Part shown: one piece after another, positions 7,959-17,293 of the stretch | Layout: each line of letters starts with the position of its first letter | Numbering within the stretch: the stretch's first letter is position 1 | Assembly: GCA_020056635.1 (NCBI GenBank) | Contig: JAGVHI010000003.1 | Location: 28,638-92,637 of the forward strand | Direction: 5' to 3' | DNA: 64,000 nucleotides | Source of the DNA: an archaeon | GTDB taxonomy: Archaea; Micrarchaeota; Micrarchaeia; Anstonellales; Anstonellaceae | Made by a program: the position numbers and the translations under genes | The notes under the pieces: generated by a model | Databases searched by the model: none | Told to the model about the DNA's origin: nothing | What the model saw: only the letters and a program-made list of their open reading frames with translations

Positions 7959-9254
7959 CTAGATTGGGTTTCCAAGAAGGCAGGAATGCGATGCGCCTGT
8001 TATTTTCACCTTTGCCCAGTCGCCCATCTTAGCGTTTGCACCTGGCGGGAGCGCCACCTGCCGATAATCATTGTTCCTGCCTGTGAGCGTTTTCTGCTGC
8101 TCGGTGACAAGCACGGTGTATGTTTTGCCTATGAGGCGCGAGTTGTTTTCGCGGGAGATTTGGTGGCACAATTCGGCAGTGAGCTCGCTTCTCCTTTTCA
8201 CTACCTCGGATGGCAGCTGCTTCATCTTTTTTGCAGCGGTACCTGGGCGGGGGGTGAATTTGGAAATGTTCACAACATCGAAGCGGAATTCCTTAATGGC
8301 GGAGAGCGTTTGCTCAAAATCTTCGTCTGTTTCACCCGGGAAGCCGACAATTATGTCTGTGGCTAATACTCCGCTTAGGAACCTTTTTCGGAATTCGTTT
8401 GCAACCGTGCGGAATTGCTGCACAGCATAGCCACGTTTCATTGCGCGCAATACGGAATCGCTCCCTGACTGGATCGGCAGGTGGATGAATTTGTAGAGTT
8501 TGCGCGATTTGAAGCAGTCAAAAAATTCATTTTGAATTGGGATTACGTGCTGGGGGTTGATCATGCCCAATCTAACGCGGAAATCGCCAGGGAGATCGCA
8601 GACCTCATTGAGTAGGGTTACAATATCTGTTCCGATGTCACGGCCGTATGCGCCAGTGTCCTGCCCTGTTAGCTGTATCTCTTTTGCACCATGCTCGATT
8701 GCTATTTCAGCCTCGCGAACCACGCCCTTGAGAGTGTAGCTGCTAAGTTTCCCGCGAGCAAGCTTGGTTACGCAGAAAGTGCAGGCTGAAAGGCAGCCGT
8801 CCGCGATCGGGATGCGCGCGATTGGGCCTGTTGGATGGTCGCGAGGCAAGTTCTCCTTTGAGAGCGGGCTGCGGAATACGCCCCGCCCCCCGGCAGATGC
8901 GTTTGAGAAAGCGGCAGGCAGGTAAGCTATGGAGGATGTCCCCAGGATGGTTGCGTTGGGCGCGCTTTTCCAAACCGCCCTATGGTTTATCGCAAGGCAG
9001 CCTGCGAGAATGAGCCTCTTGCGCTTTTGGTGCAGGACCGAGAGCTTTTGCAGTATCTTCTGCTCGGTTGCGCTTTTCACCTGGCACGAGTTGAGTATCA
9101 CCACATCTGCAGCATCCTCGCTTTTCACTTCCAAATGCCCCTCGCTGTTCAGGATGCCCCGCATGATGTCAGAATCGGCAGCATTGAGTGTGCAGCCATA
9201 TGTGCGCAGGTAATATTTCAGGGGAATCACCGGGATTATGTGCCTTCCTTCCAC
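7959..9254 (-). CDS. Radical-SAM methylthiotransferase, MiaB/MtaB-like (tRNA t6A/i6A methylthiolation)
   Basis: N-terminal MTTase domain YGCTLNAADSD, radical SAM CxxxCxxC (CLSACTFC), and a TRAM-like C-terminus. The annotated start overlaps the ahcY stop by 19 nt, so the real start may be later. Confidence 0.8.
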   Translation of the reverse strand: MEGRHIIPVIPLKYYLRTYGCTLNAADSDIMRGILNSEGHLEVKSEDAADVVILNSCQVKSATEQKILQKLSVLHQKRKRLILAGCLAINHRAVWKSAPNATILGTSSIAYLPAAFSNASAGGRGVFRSPLSKENLPRDHPTGPIARIPIADGCLSACTFCVTKLARGKLSSYTLKGVVREAEIAIEHGAKEIQLTGQDTGAYGRDIGTDIVTLLNEVCDLPGDFRVRLGMINPQHVIPIQNEFFDCFKSRKLYKFIHLPIQSGSDSVLRAMKRGYAVQQFRTVANEFRKRFLSGVLATDIIVGFPGETDEDFEQTLSAIKEFRFDVVNISKFTPRPGTAAKKMKQLPSEVVKRRSELTAELCHQISRENNSRLIGKTYTVLVTEQQKTLTGRNNDYRQVALPPGANAKMGDWAKVKITGASHSCLLGNPI

Positions 9255-10537
9255 TCTTCGGCATATTTGACCTGCTCGGGTGTTGGCGGTTGCAGGTAGA
9301 CCCCTTGCGAATTAAGCAGCATGCGCGCAACCGAATCGTCCAATTCCTTCGGGACATTGTGAACTCCCGCAGGTAGTTTCTTCTTCTGCTTTGCAAGCTC
9401 GCAAACGCAGAGTGCCTGCACAGCAAATGAGCCGTCCATTATTTCAATCGGGTGGCCCTGCCCGCTTGGGCGGGAGAGATTCACAAGCCTGCCTTCCGAG
9501 AGAAGGTAAAGTTTCTTCCCATCCTTGAGTTCGTATTGCATCAAATTGTCCTTGAGCTCGCGCACGGATTTGCTTGCCGAGCGCAACTGCAGTTCGTTTA
9601 TCTCGTTGTTGAAGTGCCCGGCATTGCAGAGGATTGCGCCATCTTTCATTTTCGAGAAATGGGATTGCACAAGAATGTCCTTGTTGCCAGTAGCGGTGAT
9701 GAAGATGTCGCCTTCCTTCACCGCATGTTCCATATCCATCACGCGGAACCCATCGTAAAGCGCCTGCAGCCCGCGCTGGAGCCCGCTCTCGTGAGGCCCG
9801 AGCGTGCCGTCTATTTCAACCACTATGACATTTGCGCCAAGCCCTTTTAGCCGGGAGGCGATCCCCCTGCCGCACCAGCCGTAGCCTGCGATTACGGCAG
9901 TTTTGCCTGCAATCAGTTTATTTGTGCAGCGGGCTATCGCATCAACCGTGCTTTGCGCTGTCCCGAATTGGTTGTCAAGCAGGAATTTTGAGTGTGCATT
10001 GTTCACCGCGAAAACCGGGAACTTGAGCGCGCCTTCCCTGTGCATAGCCCAGAGCCGGACTATTCCGGTCGTGGTCTCCTCGCAGCCCCCGATTATACTT
10101 GGGAGCAAATCCTTGCGCTTTGTGTGCAAAAGATTGATCAGGTCGCAGCCGTCGTCGATTACTATTTGGGGCTTGGAATCAAGCACTGAATTGAGGCACC
10201 AGTAGTATTCCTCATTGGTTTGCCCTGCCCATGCGAACACATCGATTATGCCGTTTTTTGCAAGCACTGCTGCGACGCGGTCGTCTGTTGTGAGCGGATT
10301 GCAGGAAGCGGCCGATACTTTTGCGCCTGCCGCAGCAAGCGTTTCAAGCAGGATTCCTGTTTTCTTCTCCAGGTGGAGCGCAACTCCGATGCGCAATCCT
10401 GAAAGGGGCCTTGATTTCTCAAAATCCTTCCGTATTTTAGCAAGAACCGGCATATTGAGCCGCGCCCATTCAAGTTCCTTTTGCCCCTCAGCTGCAAGCG
10501 AGATATCCTTTACCTTGCCCATGGAATTCCCTCCCAA
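9236..10537 (-). CDS. ahcY: S-adenosyl-L-homocysteine hydrolase
   Basis: 433 aa with DDGCDL..., NAD-binding AGYGWCGRG, and full-length conservation. Confidence 0.9.
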   Translation of the reverse strand: MGGNSMGKVKDISLAAEGQKELEWARLNMPVLAKIRKDFEKSRPLSGLRIGVALHLEKKTGILLETLAAAGAKVSAASCNPLTTDDRVAAVLAKNGIIDVFAWAGQTNEEYYWCLNSVLDSKPQIVIDDGCDLINLLHTKRKDLLPSIIGGCEETTTGIVRLWAMHREGALKFPVFAVNNAHSKFLLDNQFGTAQSTVDAIARCTNKLIAGKTAVIAGYGWCGRGIASRLKGLGANVIVVEIDGTLGPHESGLQRGLQALYDGFRVMDMEHAVKEGDIFITATGNKDILVQSHFSKMKDGAILCNAGHFNNEINELQLRSASKSVRELKDNLMQYELKDGKKLYLLSEGRLVNLSRPSGQGHPIEIMDGSFAVQALCVCELAKQKKKLPAGVHNVPKELDDSVARMLLNSQGVYLQPPTPEQVKYAEEWKEGT

Positions 10538-10642
10538 AATAGATTACGCAAGGGGGATTTTTTAAGCATGTCAGGGGCTGAGGCAAATTCAATTAAAAAG
10601 AGTTAGGTGGTAATACTTCAAAGAACGTTTTATGGTGATTTG

Positions 10643-11293
10643 ATGAAACCCGTGACTAGAGTTATTGTGACTGCGGCGCTTATACTTGCAGTTGGTGCGC
10701 CAATTGGCATGTATGCCTGGCACAGAGCCAAGGACAACCAAGAGACCCGTGCGCTTGCAAAAAGCTGGGGAAATGATTTAACCGTCTCACCCATACCTGA
10801 CAAGGAGAGGGTAAAGCTCGCAAAAGTTATGAGAAAATACAAAATACGCGATACTGAATTGACGGTTGCGCAGACAGCCGATTTTATCTACCGCGTGACA
10901 CTTGAGGTGAACAGCAGGAGATTCCCGAAGGCGGATGGAAGCCCTATAGTATTCGATTATGACGTCACGCTCTGGGCGCTGGCAAATCACCTCCATCTGG
11001 ATAGGCGTGACCCTTGGACTGCTAGCCCGGATGTTGGTCAGAATGTGCTTGATATACTGACTGAGAAGTTTTACCTGCAGAACATCCCAAGGATAGATAG
11101 ATTGATTGAAACCGACCACGTGCGGGCAAGGAATCCATACATAGAGATTAACCTCGAGGACGCTAGGGTTAGGGGTCTTGAAGTAACAAAAGCAGTGATG
11201 GGTGCTGCGTGTAGTACGCTTATCACTAATCCTCAACTCACGGAGCAGATTCTAGTGATAGGGGATGCAATCCGCGCAAAACAGATAGGCTAG
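10643..11293 (+). CDS. Hypothetical membrane-anchored protein
   Basis: N-terminal TM segment followed by a ~190-aa soluble domain with no known motif. Confidence 0.4.
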   Translation: MKPVTRVIVTAALILAVGAPIGMYAWHRAKDNQETRALAKSWGNDLTVSPIPDKERVKLAKVMRKYKIRDTELTVAQTADFIYRVTLEVNSRRFPKADGSPIVFDYDVTLWALANHLHLDRRDPWTASPDVGQNVLDILTEKFYLQNIPRIDRLIETDHVRARNPYIEINLEDARVRGLEVTKAVMGAACSTLITNPQLTEQILVIGDAIRAKQIG

Positions 11294-11330
11294 AGATACG
11301 GTTTTATTTATCATAGGGCTAGCTTATCGT

Positions 11331-12296
11331 ATGGACGTTTTTGCAATCGGCACCCCAGTAGTGGACTATTTTGCAAGGGCGGATGAGAAGTACCTTGCAA
11401 AGCAAAAGCTCACGAGTGGGGCGACTAATTTTGTTTCAAGGAAGAAGCTGGATGCAATGCAAAAGGCGCTTGGGAAAAGCATATTCCATGTTGGGGCTGG
11501 GGATAATGCGCGCAATGTGTGCGAGGGGGTCTGCCGGCTTGGGGGAAGCGCTGTTTATGCCGGCATGATCGGCAAGGATGAGGAGGGAAAAGAGTTTGCG
11601 CACAGCCTGAAATCGAACTTCGTGCAGAACAGGCTTGCGCTTGGGGAGGGCAGGACCGGAAAAATTGTCTGCCTGATTACGGATGACGGGCAGAGGACTT
11701 TTGCAGCGGATTTGGGGAACGGGCTGAACTTTGCGGAATTCGGGGATGAGGAAGCAGTTGCGGACTCGGGTTTCTTTTACTTGACATCGATTACGCTTTC
11801 TGGAAAAACCAAGGTTGCGAAACTGGCAAGCGGATTGATGGGAATCGCAAAAAGGGAAGGGTGCAAAATCGCGCTCTCGCTTGAGAGCCCGCCCCTTGTG
11901 AAAAGGAACAGGAAAATGCTTCTTGGGGCTGCAAAAAAATGCGATTTGCTTTTCTTGAATGAAGAGGAGCTTGAGGCATTCTGCGGCGAGAGCGATGAGA
12001 GCAGGCAGTACCTGTTCCTGCAGAAGAACCTCCCGTATGCGGCTGTGTTTGTGAAGCGCGGGGAGAATGGCTCTGCTGTGTTGTGCGGGGGGGAGCTACT
12101 CACAATCCCGGCATACCATGCAAGCGTGCTGGATACTACCGGGGCGGGGGATTCGTATGCAGCAGGCGTGATTTACGGGCTTTCGCAGGGGCATAATTGC
12201 GAGAGGGCAGGGAAGCTTGGCGCCCATTTGGCATCGTTGGTGATTGGGAAATACGGGGCCGGGATGCCAAAGGAGATTTCTAGGCTTGTGGTCTGA
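11331..12296 (+). CDS. PfkB-family carbohydrate/nucleoside kinase (adenosine-kinase-like)
   Basis: VFAIGTPVVD N-terminus and the GAGDSYAAG anion-hole motif near the C-terminus. Confidence 0.75.
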   Translation: MDVFAIGTPVVDYFARADEKYLAKQKLTSGATNFVSRKKLDAMQKALGKSIFHVGAGDNARNVCEGVCRLGGSAVYAGMIGKDEEGKEFAHSLKSNFVQNRLALGEGRTGKIVCLITDDGQRTFAADLGNGLNFAEFGDEEAVADSGFFYLTSITLSGKTKVAKLASGLMGIAKREGCKIALSLESPPLVKRNRKMLLGAAKKCDLLFLNEEELEAFCGESDESRQYLFLQKNLPYAAVFVKRGENGSAVLCGGELLTIPAYHASVLDTTGAGDSYAAGVIYGLSQGHNCERAGKLGAHLASLVIGKYGAGMPKEISRLVV

Positions 12297-12797
12297 TTAT
12301 TCTTGGAAATAGGCTGTCGGACCGATGAACCGCACTACGGAGCCATTTTTCATGCTGATGTCCAAAATCAGGGTATTGAAGAATGTCTCGGTGTTGTATA
12401 TCGTCTGCCTGTCGGATTCAAGCATATGGATTTCAGCATCCCTGATTTCCGAGAGGTTCAAATCGGCGAGCGCGTTCTTTGCGTCCGTGGTGTCCCGATT
12501 GGCTATTTGAACTTGGATAAGCGCGGCGGCTGCTTTTTTGCCAACTGTTGGGCTGAGAGCAACTTGAACTCCCATTTGCTTGAGCTCCCTGACTATGATC
12601 GGGAGTGAGCTGGCGCGCGTGAGCCGGACCGGTATGGGCTTGCCCTTTATGATTGACTCTGCTAGTGCCTGCTCCCTCCTGAAAATATCGCGCCGCGGCT
12701 CTGACCAGCTCATGCACCCGAGGTTGAGCAGTGAGAATGTTGCAAGGGCAAGCGCAGCCGCGCCCACAGCAAATGGCCTAGCCTTCAACAAAACCAT
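12297..12797 (-). CDS. Hypothetical secreted or membrane-anchored protein
   Basis: 166 aa with an N-terminal hydrophobic segment. Confidence 0.35.
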   Translation of the reverse strand: MVLLKARPFAVGAAALALATFSLLNLGCMSWSEPRRDIFRREQALAESIIKGKPIPVRLTRASSLPIIVRELKQMGVQVALSPTVGKKAAAALIQVQIANRDTTDAKNALADLNLSEIRDAEIHMLESDRQTIYNTETFFNTLILDISMKNGSVVRFIGPTAYFQE

Positions 12798-12829
12798 GGA
12801 AAGATATGGGTAAAAGAGGTTTTTAATGT

Positions 12830-14098
12830 TTATGAGTAAGCAATCCGCTGCGCGGCCTTTTTTGCCTCTTCGAGAACCTTTTCCTCGTCAAATGCGAGCA
12901 CCTTGCGGTTGCGCATCACTATTTTGCCGTCAATAATGGAATCGGTCACGTTGCCTGCGTGCGCTGAATAGACTATGTTTGAGATGAGGGAATGGGCGGG
13001 TAGCATATTTGGCGCGTTCAAGTCGAGCAGGATTAGGTCCGCGAGCTTTCCCTCCTTTATTTCCCCAGCATCGATGCCCAATGCTTTTGCGCCGTTCCTG
13101 GTCGCAAAATCGAACGACTGCTGCGCGTTTATTGACTGCTCGTCCCAGCGCATGTTCTTCTGCAAAAGCGATGCGGTTTTCATCACTTCGAACATAGAGA
13201 GGGAGTTGTTGCTTGCTGCCCCGTCGGTTCCGAGAGCGACATTCACTCCTGATTCAAGCATTTCGGGAATCGGAGCCACCCCGCCTGAAGCAAGCTTCAT
13301 GTTTGAGACCGGGTTGTGCGAAACAGAGGCGCCGTGGTGCGCAAGCACCTTTATTTCCTGTTTTGTGAGCCAGACGCAGTGGGCGAGTATAACGTTGGGG
13401 GAGAGAAAACCTAGCGAGGCTAAGTAATCCACCGGGCGCATTTTGGTTTTTTGCAGCAGTTCAAAAACTTCCCTGCGTGTTTCTGAAAGGTGGATGTGGA
13501 GCTTTGCATTGTAGTTTTTCGCCTGCTCAAGCGAAGCGATCAGCAGCTCCTTTGAGCAGGTGTTGGGGGCGTGCGGCTGCACTGAGACAAAAACGCGGCC
13601 TTGCTTGGCTTTTGAATGCTTCTTTAGGAATGATTCTGAGAGTGCAAGCTCAGATTTGCGCTTGGCCGAATCGCCCAAATCGAGCACCGAGTAGCCCACC
13701 ATTGCGCGCATCCCTGAATCGGTTGCAGCCTTGTGCACTGAATCAGGGTGGAAGTACATGTCCGAAAAGCAGGTGGTGCCGGAGCGGATCATTTCGGCAG
13801 CTGCAAGCATTGTTCCCCAGTAAACGTCTGTTTCGGACATTTTTTTCTCTGCAGGCCAGATTTTGGTCTCAAGCCAGCGTTTCAGGGACATGTCATCTGC
13901 GAATCCCCGCAGCAGCGACATTGCGGAGTGCGCATGCGTGTTTATGAAACCGGGGAGCAGGAGCTTCCCCTTCGCGTCTATTTTCTCATCAGCCGGTTCA
14001 GCAAGCGAGGGGGCGATTTTGGAAATTTTATTGCCTTCGAGCAGAATGTCCGACTGCTTTCCTTCCGGAAGCGTTGCGCCTTTTATCAGGATTGACAT
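12830..14098 (-). CDS. mtaD: 5'-methylthioadenosine/S-adenosylhomocysteine deaminase (amidohydrolase, MtaD-like)
   Basis: HAHSAM, HLSE and GTDG motifs. Start set at internal Met MSILIKG; the 49-aa upstream extension in the ORF track is probably spurious. Confidence 0.8.
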   Translation of the reverse strand: MSILIKGATLPEGKQSDILLEGNKISKIAPSLAEPADEKIDAKGKLLLPGFINTHAHSAMSLLRGFADDMSLKRWLETKIWPAEKKMSETDVYWGTMLAAAEMIRSGTTCFSDMYFHPDSVHKAATDSGMRAMVGYSVLDLGDSAKRKSELALSESFLKKHSKAKQGRVFVSVQPHAPNTCSKELLIASLEQAKNYNAKLHIHLSETRREVFELLQKTKMRPVDYLASLGFLSPNVILAHCVWLTKQEIKVLAHHGASVSHNPVSNMKLASGGVAPIPEMLESGVNVALGTDGAASNNSLSMFEVMKTASLLQKNMRWDEQSINAQQSFDFATRNGAKALGIDAGEIKEGKLADLILLDLNAPNMLPAHSLISNIVYSAHAGNVTDSIIDGKIVMRNRKVLAFDEEKVLEEAKKAAQRIAYS

Positions 14099-14265
14099 AT
14101 GATTGGTTTTGTTACGCAGATTTTTAAAGAGCGCAAGCGCCAATAATGCAGATACCCCCAGCAGGGGGACGGAGGAGAGTAGGATGGAAAAAGGAAAGAA
14201 AAACGGGTTGGGCGTGGCAGGCAGCGTTAGTGTGAAGTCCGGCATTCCGGCAAGCTCCTTCTCCT

Positions 14266-14535
14266 GTGGCTATCATCGGCAGCCCTTCATTTGGCGCGAG
14301 TAAATTCCGCACCAGCATAGAAAAAAATCCCCTAGCGCAAGCGATTTCCCCTATCGGGGCAGGCGCAAAGGAGGCGCAAGCGCTCCAGAAAAGGGGGAGG
14401 CCAAGCGCTCTTAGCGGCGAAAAGTTAGAGCTTGCGCGCGAGCTGTACTTCTCCGAGCCATTGTCGTTTAGGGAGATTGCGGATGCAGTAGGGGTTTCGC
14501 ACATGAGCGTGTACCGGGCGCTCACCGGGAGATAG
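14266..14535 (+). CDS. Small HTH protein, resolvase/invertase-type HTH_7-like
   Basis: KRGRPSALSGEKLELARELYFSEPLSFREIADAVGVSHMSVYRAL resembles the C-terminal HTH of serine recombinases. No catalytic domain is present. Confidence 0.3.
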   Translation: MAIIGSPSFGASKFRTSIEKNPLAQAISPIGAGAKEAQALQKRGRPSALSGEKLELARELYFSEPLSFREIADAVGVSHMSVYRALTGR

Positions 14536-14565
14536 ATATATAACTGGGGCGAGTAAGCATTCCCG

Positions 14566-14925
14566 ATGATGCTCTCAAGGGAGCAGATGATACGGGCCTG
14601 CCTTCTTGTTTCAGTAGCCGGATTGCTCCTTCTTTTTTTCCTTTCAGCCCAGCAGAATTACATTGGCGTGGATGGGGCTGTGAAATTGCCTGCTGGCTCA
14701 ACCGTGGTCAGTTCGGGAATTGTAAAAAGCACGTCTGCAAGCGGCTCTCGCCCATACGTGGAGATTTGCCAGAATGCATGCGTGAAAGCGTTTGCGCAAG
14801 GGGATGGCGCAAGGGCTTCTGTGGCGCTTGTTTCGGCAGGGGATATTGTGAAGGTGGAGGGCAGGACCAGTATGTATGCTGGAACAATCCAGATAAACGC
14901 AAAAAAAATTGAGAAGGTAGGGTAG
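14566..14925 (+). CDS. Membrane-anchored OB-fold protein
   Basis: N-terminal TM segment plus a beta-rich ~90-aa domain. Confidence 0.4.
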   Translation: MMLSREQMIRACLLVSVAGLLLLFFLSAQQNYIGVDGAVKLPAGSTVVSSGIVKSTSASGSRPYVEICQNACVKAFAQGDGARASVALVSAGDIVKVEGRTSMYAGTIQINAKKIEKVG

Positions 14926-14973
14926 ATGCCAAAGCAGGGTTTGTTGCGAGAACTGCACTCGGGCGGGTGAATT

Positions 14974-16164
14974 ATGCAGCTTTTGCAAGTGCTGCTCGGA
15001 GCGTTTGTTGGGCTGCTATTAGGGGCATTTGCGGGGCTAGTGCCGGGAGTGCACTCAAATACCTTAAGCTCCATTCTGGCTCAAATGATGCCAGGCGCGG
15101 AGTGGGTGCCGTTTGCAATCATTGCGGCATTGGCTGCGCATACAGTGTTCGAGTTCGTGCCTGCCATTTTCCTTTTTGTGCCGGAGGAGGGGACTGTGGT
15201 GGCAACCCTTCCTGGGCAGCGGATGATGCTTGCTGGAAAGGGAATTGAGGCATTGCAGATAACTGCAATATCTTGCCTTGGGGCTGCAGGAATCGCGTTT
15301 GTTTTGCTCCCGTTTGCAGGCGCATTCTTCCCGCTTGCATACGGGTCGGTCAAGGGGCTCATGCTGCCCGTGCTTGTGGCGGCATGCGCGTTTCTGCTCT
15401 GGAGCGAGCGCGAAGGGAGGAAGATTGCAATTGCAACAGGGGTGTTTCTGCTCTCCGGAATGCTAGGGTTTGCGACGCTGCGGCTTGGGATTTCAGACCC
15501 GCTGTTTGCCACTTTTTCCGGGCTTTTTGCGGTATCCGGGCTGCTTATGGCGGGAGAGGGGAGGGAGGAGCGGACAAGGCAGAAGGAGTGCGGGAGGCTG
15601 AAGCTGGATTTTGCAAAATATGTGTTCATTGGGGCCATACTGGGATTGCTTGCGGATTTGCTGCCAGGCATAGCATCACCTGCGCAGATTGCGGTGTTTG
15701 CAACCGCGCTTGTACCAGTGCTCGGGAGCAGGGAGTTCCTTGCGCTTGTTTCCTCGATTGCATCATCGCACTCGGTGTTTGCGCTTTCTGCAGCTGCTAG
15801 CATCGGCAAAGCGAGGGTCGGGGCGGTTGCGATTGCGGAGCAGTATGCGAAAATAGATTCCGGGCTTGTTTGGGTTTATGGGGCATTGTTTGTCCTGGTG
15901 GTTGGCGTTTGCGCCGCGGTTGTGATTAGGTTTTCAGGAAAAATAGCGAACGTGGTATCAGGAAGCGGGATTGGGAGGCTGAATTATCCAATCATTGCCT
16001 ATTTGGCAGTCGCAGTGCTGCTGATTTGCGGCCCGAGCGGGCTGGCTGTTATGGGAACCGGGGCTGCGATAGGCTGCCTGCCCGTATTGCTTGGGGTGAG
16101 AAGAACGCATGTGATGGGCGCCATATTGGTGCCGAGCATGGTGCTTATTGTGGGTTTTGGCTAA
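14974..16164 (+). CDS. TctA/DUF112-family integral membrane protein (tripartite tricarboxylate transporter large-subunit-like)
   Basis: Polytopic, with a repeated G-rich LPG(V/I) motif. Confidence 0.5.
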   Translation: MQLLQVLLGAFVGLLLGAFAGLVPGVHSNTLSSILAQMMPGAEWVPFAIIAALAAHTVFEFVPAIFLFVPEEGTVVATLPGQRMMLAGKGIEALQITAISCLGAAGIAFVLLPFAGAFFPLAYGSVKGLMLPVLVAACAFLLWSEREGRKIAIATGVFLLSGMLGFATLRLGISDPLFATFSGLFAVSGLLMAGEGREERTRQKECGRLKLDFAKYVFIGAILGLLADLLPGIASPAQIAVFATALVPVLGSREFLALVSSIASSHSVFALSAAASIGKARVGAVAIAEQYAKIDSGLVWVYGALFVLVVGVCAAVVIRFSGKIANVVSGSGIGRLNYPIIAYLAVAVLLICGPSGLAVMGTGAAIGCLPVLLGVRRTHVMGAILVPSMVLIVGFG

Positions 16165-16207
16165 TCTGAGGCAAACGTTATAATTATTGTCAGCGAATAG
16201 GGAAAAT

Positions 16208-16792
16208 ATGAAGACGCAATGGGTTGCAGTGCTGCTTCTTGTAGTGGTAGTGGCGCTGGTGCTGACATTTGCCCCTTCCGCGAAAAAGGTGAGCGAGGAG
16301 GATGCAAAAAAGTTCGTGCTTGAGGACTTGAGGGAAAAGTACCCGCAAGCTGACGAGGCAAGCATCCTGTCAAGCGTGCTCCAGACCGGCAATGATTCGC
16401 AGCAGTATTATTACCTGAAAGCAAAGGTGGTGAAGAACGCGAAGACCCCGTGCCCGGAGAGGATACACCTGTATTACAATTTCCCGCTCCAGAATTTCGT
16501 CACGCAGCCCCCGGAATACATAACAAGGGGGTGCAAGGTGTGCATAAACGAGCCAGAGTGCCTGCTTGCGTTCGAGGAGGATGCGGTTATTGCCTCGCAC
16601 ACGTATGCGGGTGCAGAGCAGGTTGCGGATTACCTGAAAGCCTACCCGGATGCTCAGCCAGGCGTGAGCTCGCTTGAGGGGAAATGGGAGGTTGGATGGG
16701 ATTCACAGAATGCGGCATACTACTACAAAGTGCTTCTTTCCAAGTCCGGGAACAGCGTTGAGTCGGTTGAGAGAGTGGAGAAGGAGGGTTAA
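16208..16792 (+). CDS. Hypothetical secreted or membrane-anchored protein
   Basis: N-terminal signal/TM MKTQWVAVLLLVVVVALVL. Confidence 0.4.
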   Translation: MKTQWVAVLLLVVVVALVLTFAPSAKKVSEEDAKKFVLEDLREKYPQADEASILSSVLQTGNDSQQYYYLKAKVVKNAKTPCPERIHLYYNFPLQNFVTQPPEYITRGCKVCINEPECLLAFEEDAVIASHTYAGAEQVADYLKAYPDAQPGVSSLEGKWEVGWDSQNAAYYYKVLLSKSGNSVESVERVEKEG

Positions 16793-17241
16793 CTCTTTTT
16801 GAGCTTCTTTAGCGCACGCTCGAACGAGCCTATGTCGGCAAACGAGCGGTAAACAGATGCGAAGCGAACGTATGCCACCTTATCCAGGGTGCGCAGGTGC
16901 TTCATCACGATCTCGCCAATCTTCTTGCTTGGGATTTCAATTGAATCGCCGTGCCGGATTTCCATCTCGACCTTGTCCACGATGGACTGTATCTGCTCGC
17001 GGGTTATGGGGCGCTTCTCGCATGCCTTTAGCACCCCGTTCTCGATTTTGTGCCGCTCGAAGCGCTGGCGCGTGCCGTCCTTTTTTACCACCCAAAGCTC
17101 GGCAAGCTCCGCCCGCTCGTAAGTGGTGAAGCGCTTTTTGCATTTTAGGCATTCGCGCCTGCGCCGCACTGCAGAAAAGTCCTCAGCATCGCGCGAATCC
17201 ACGACCTTGTCCTCAAGCGATGAGCAGTACGGGCACTTCAT
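16789..17241 (-). CDS. nrdR: Transcriptional repressor NrdR (zinc-ribbon plus ATP-cone)
   Basis: MKCPYCSS...VVDSR...RRRRECLKCKKRFTTYE. Start taken at internal Met. Confidence 0.8.
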   Translation of the reverse strand: MKCPYCSSLEDKVVDSRDAEDFSAVRRRRECLKCKKRFTTYERAELAELWVVKKDGTRQRFERHKIENGVLKACEKRPITREQIQSIVDKVEMEIRHGDSIEIPSKKIGEIVMKHLRTLDKVAYVRFASVYRSFADIGSFERALKKLKKS

Positions 17242-17293
17242 GGAATCCACTTTAGGCAAAACCATATTAAAAGGCTAGGGGAAAGCCAGAACC

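Noticed and set aside
12830-14245. N-terminal 49-aa hydrophobic extension of mtaD (start 14245)
   Set aside because: Amidohydrolase homology begins at the internal Met (MSILIKGATL...). The extension overlaps another frame and is probably spurious.
15081-15809. 242-aa minus-strand ORF inside the TctA-like membrane gene
   Set aside because: Antisense artefact. The plus-strand frame has consistent TM periodicity.
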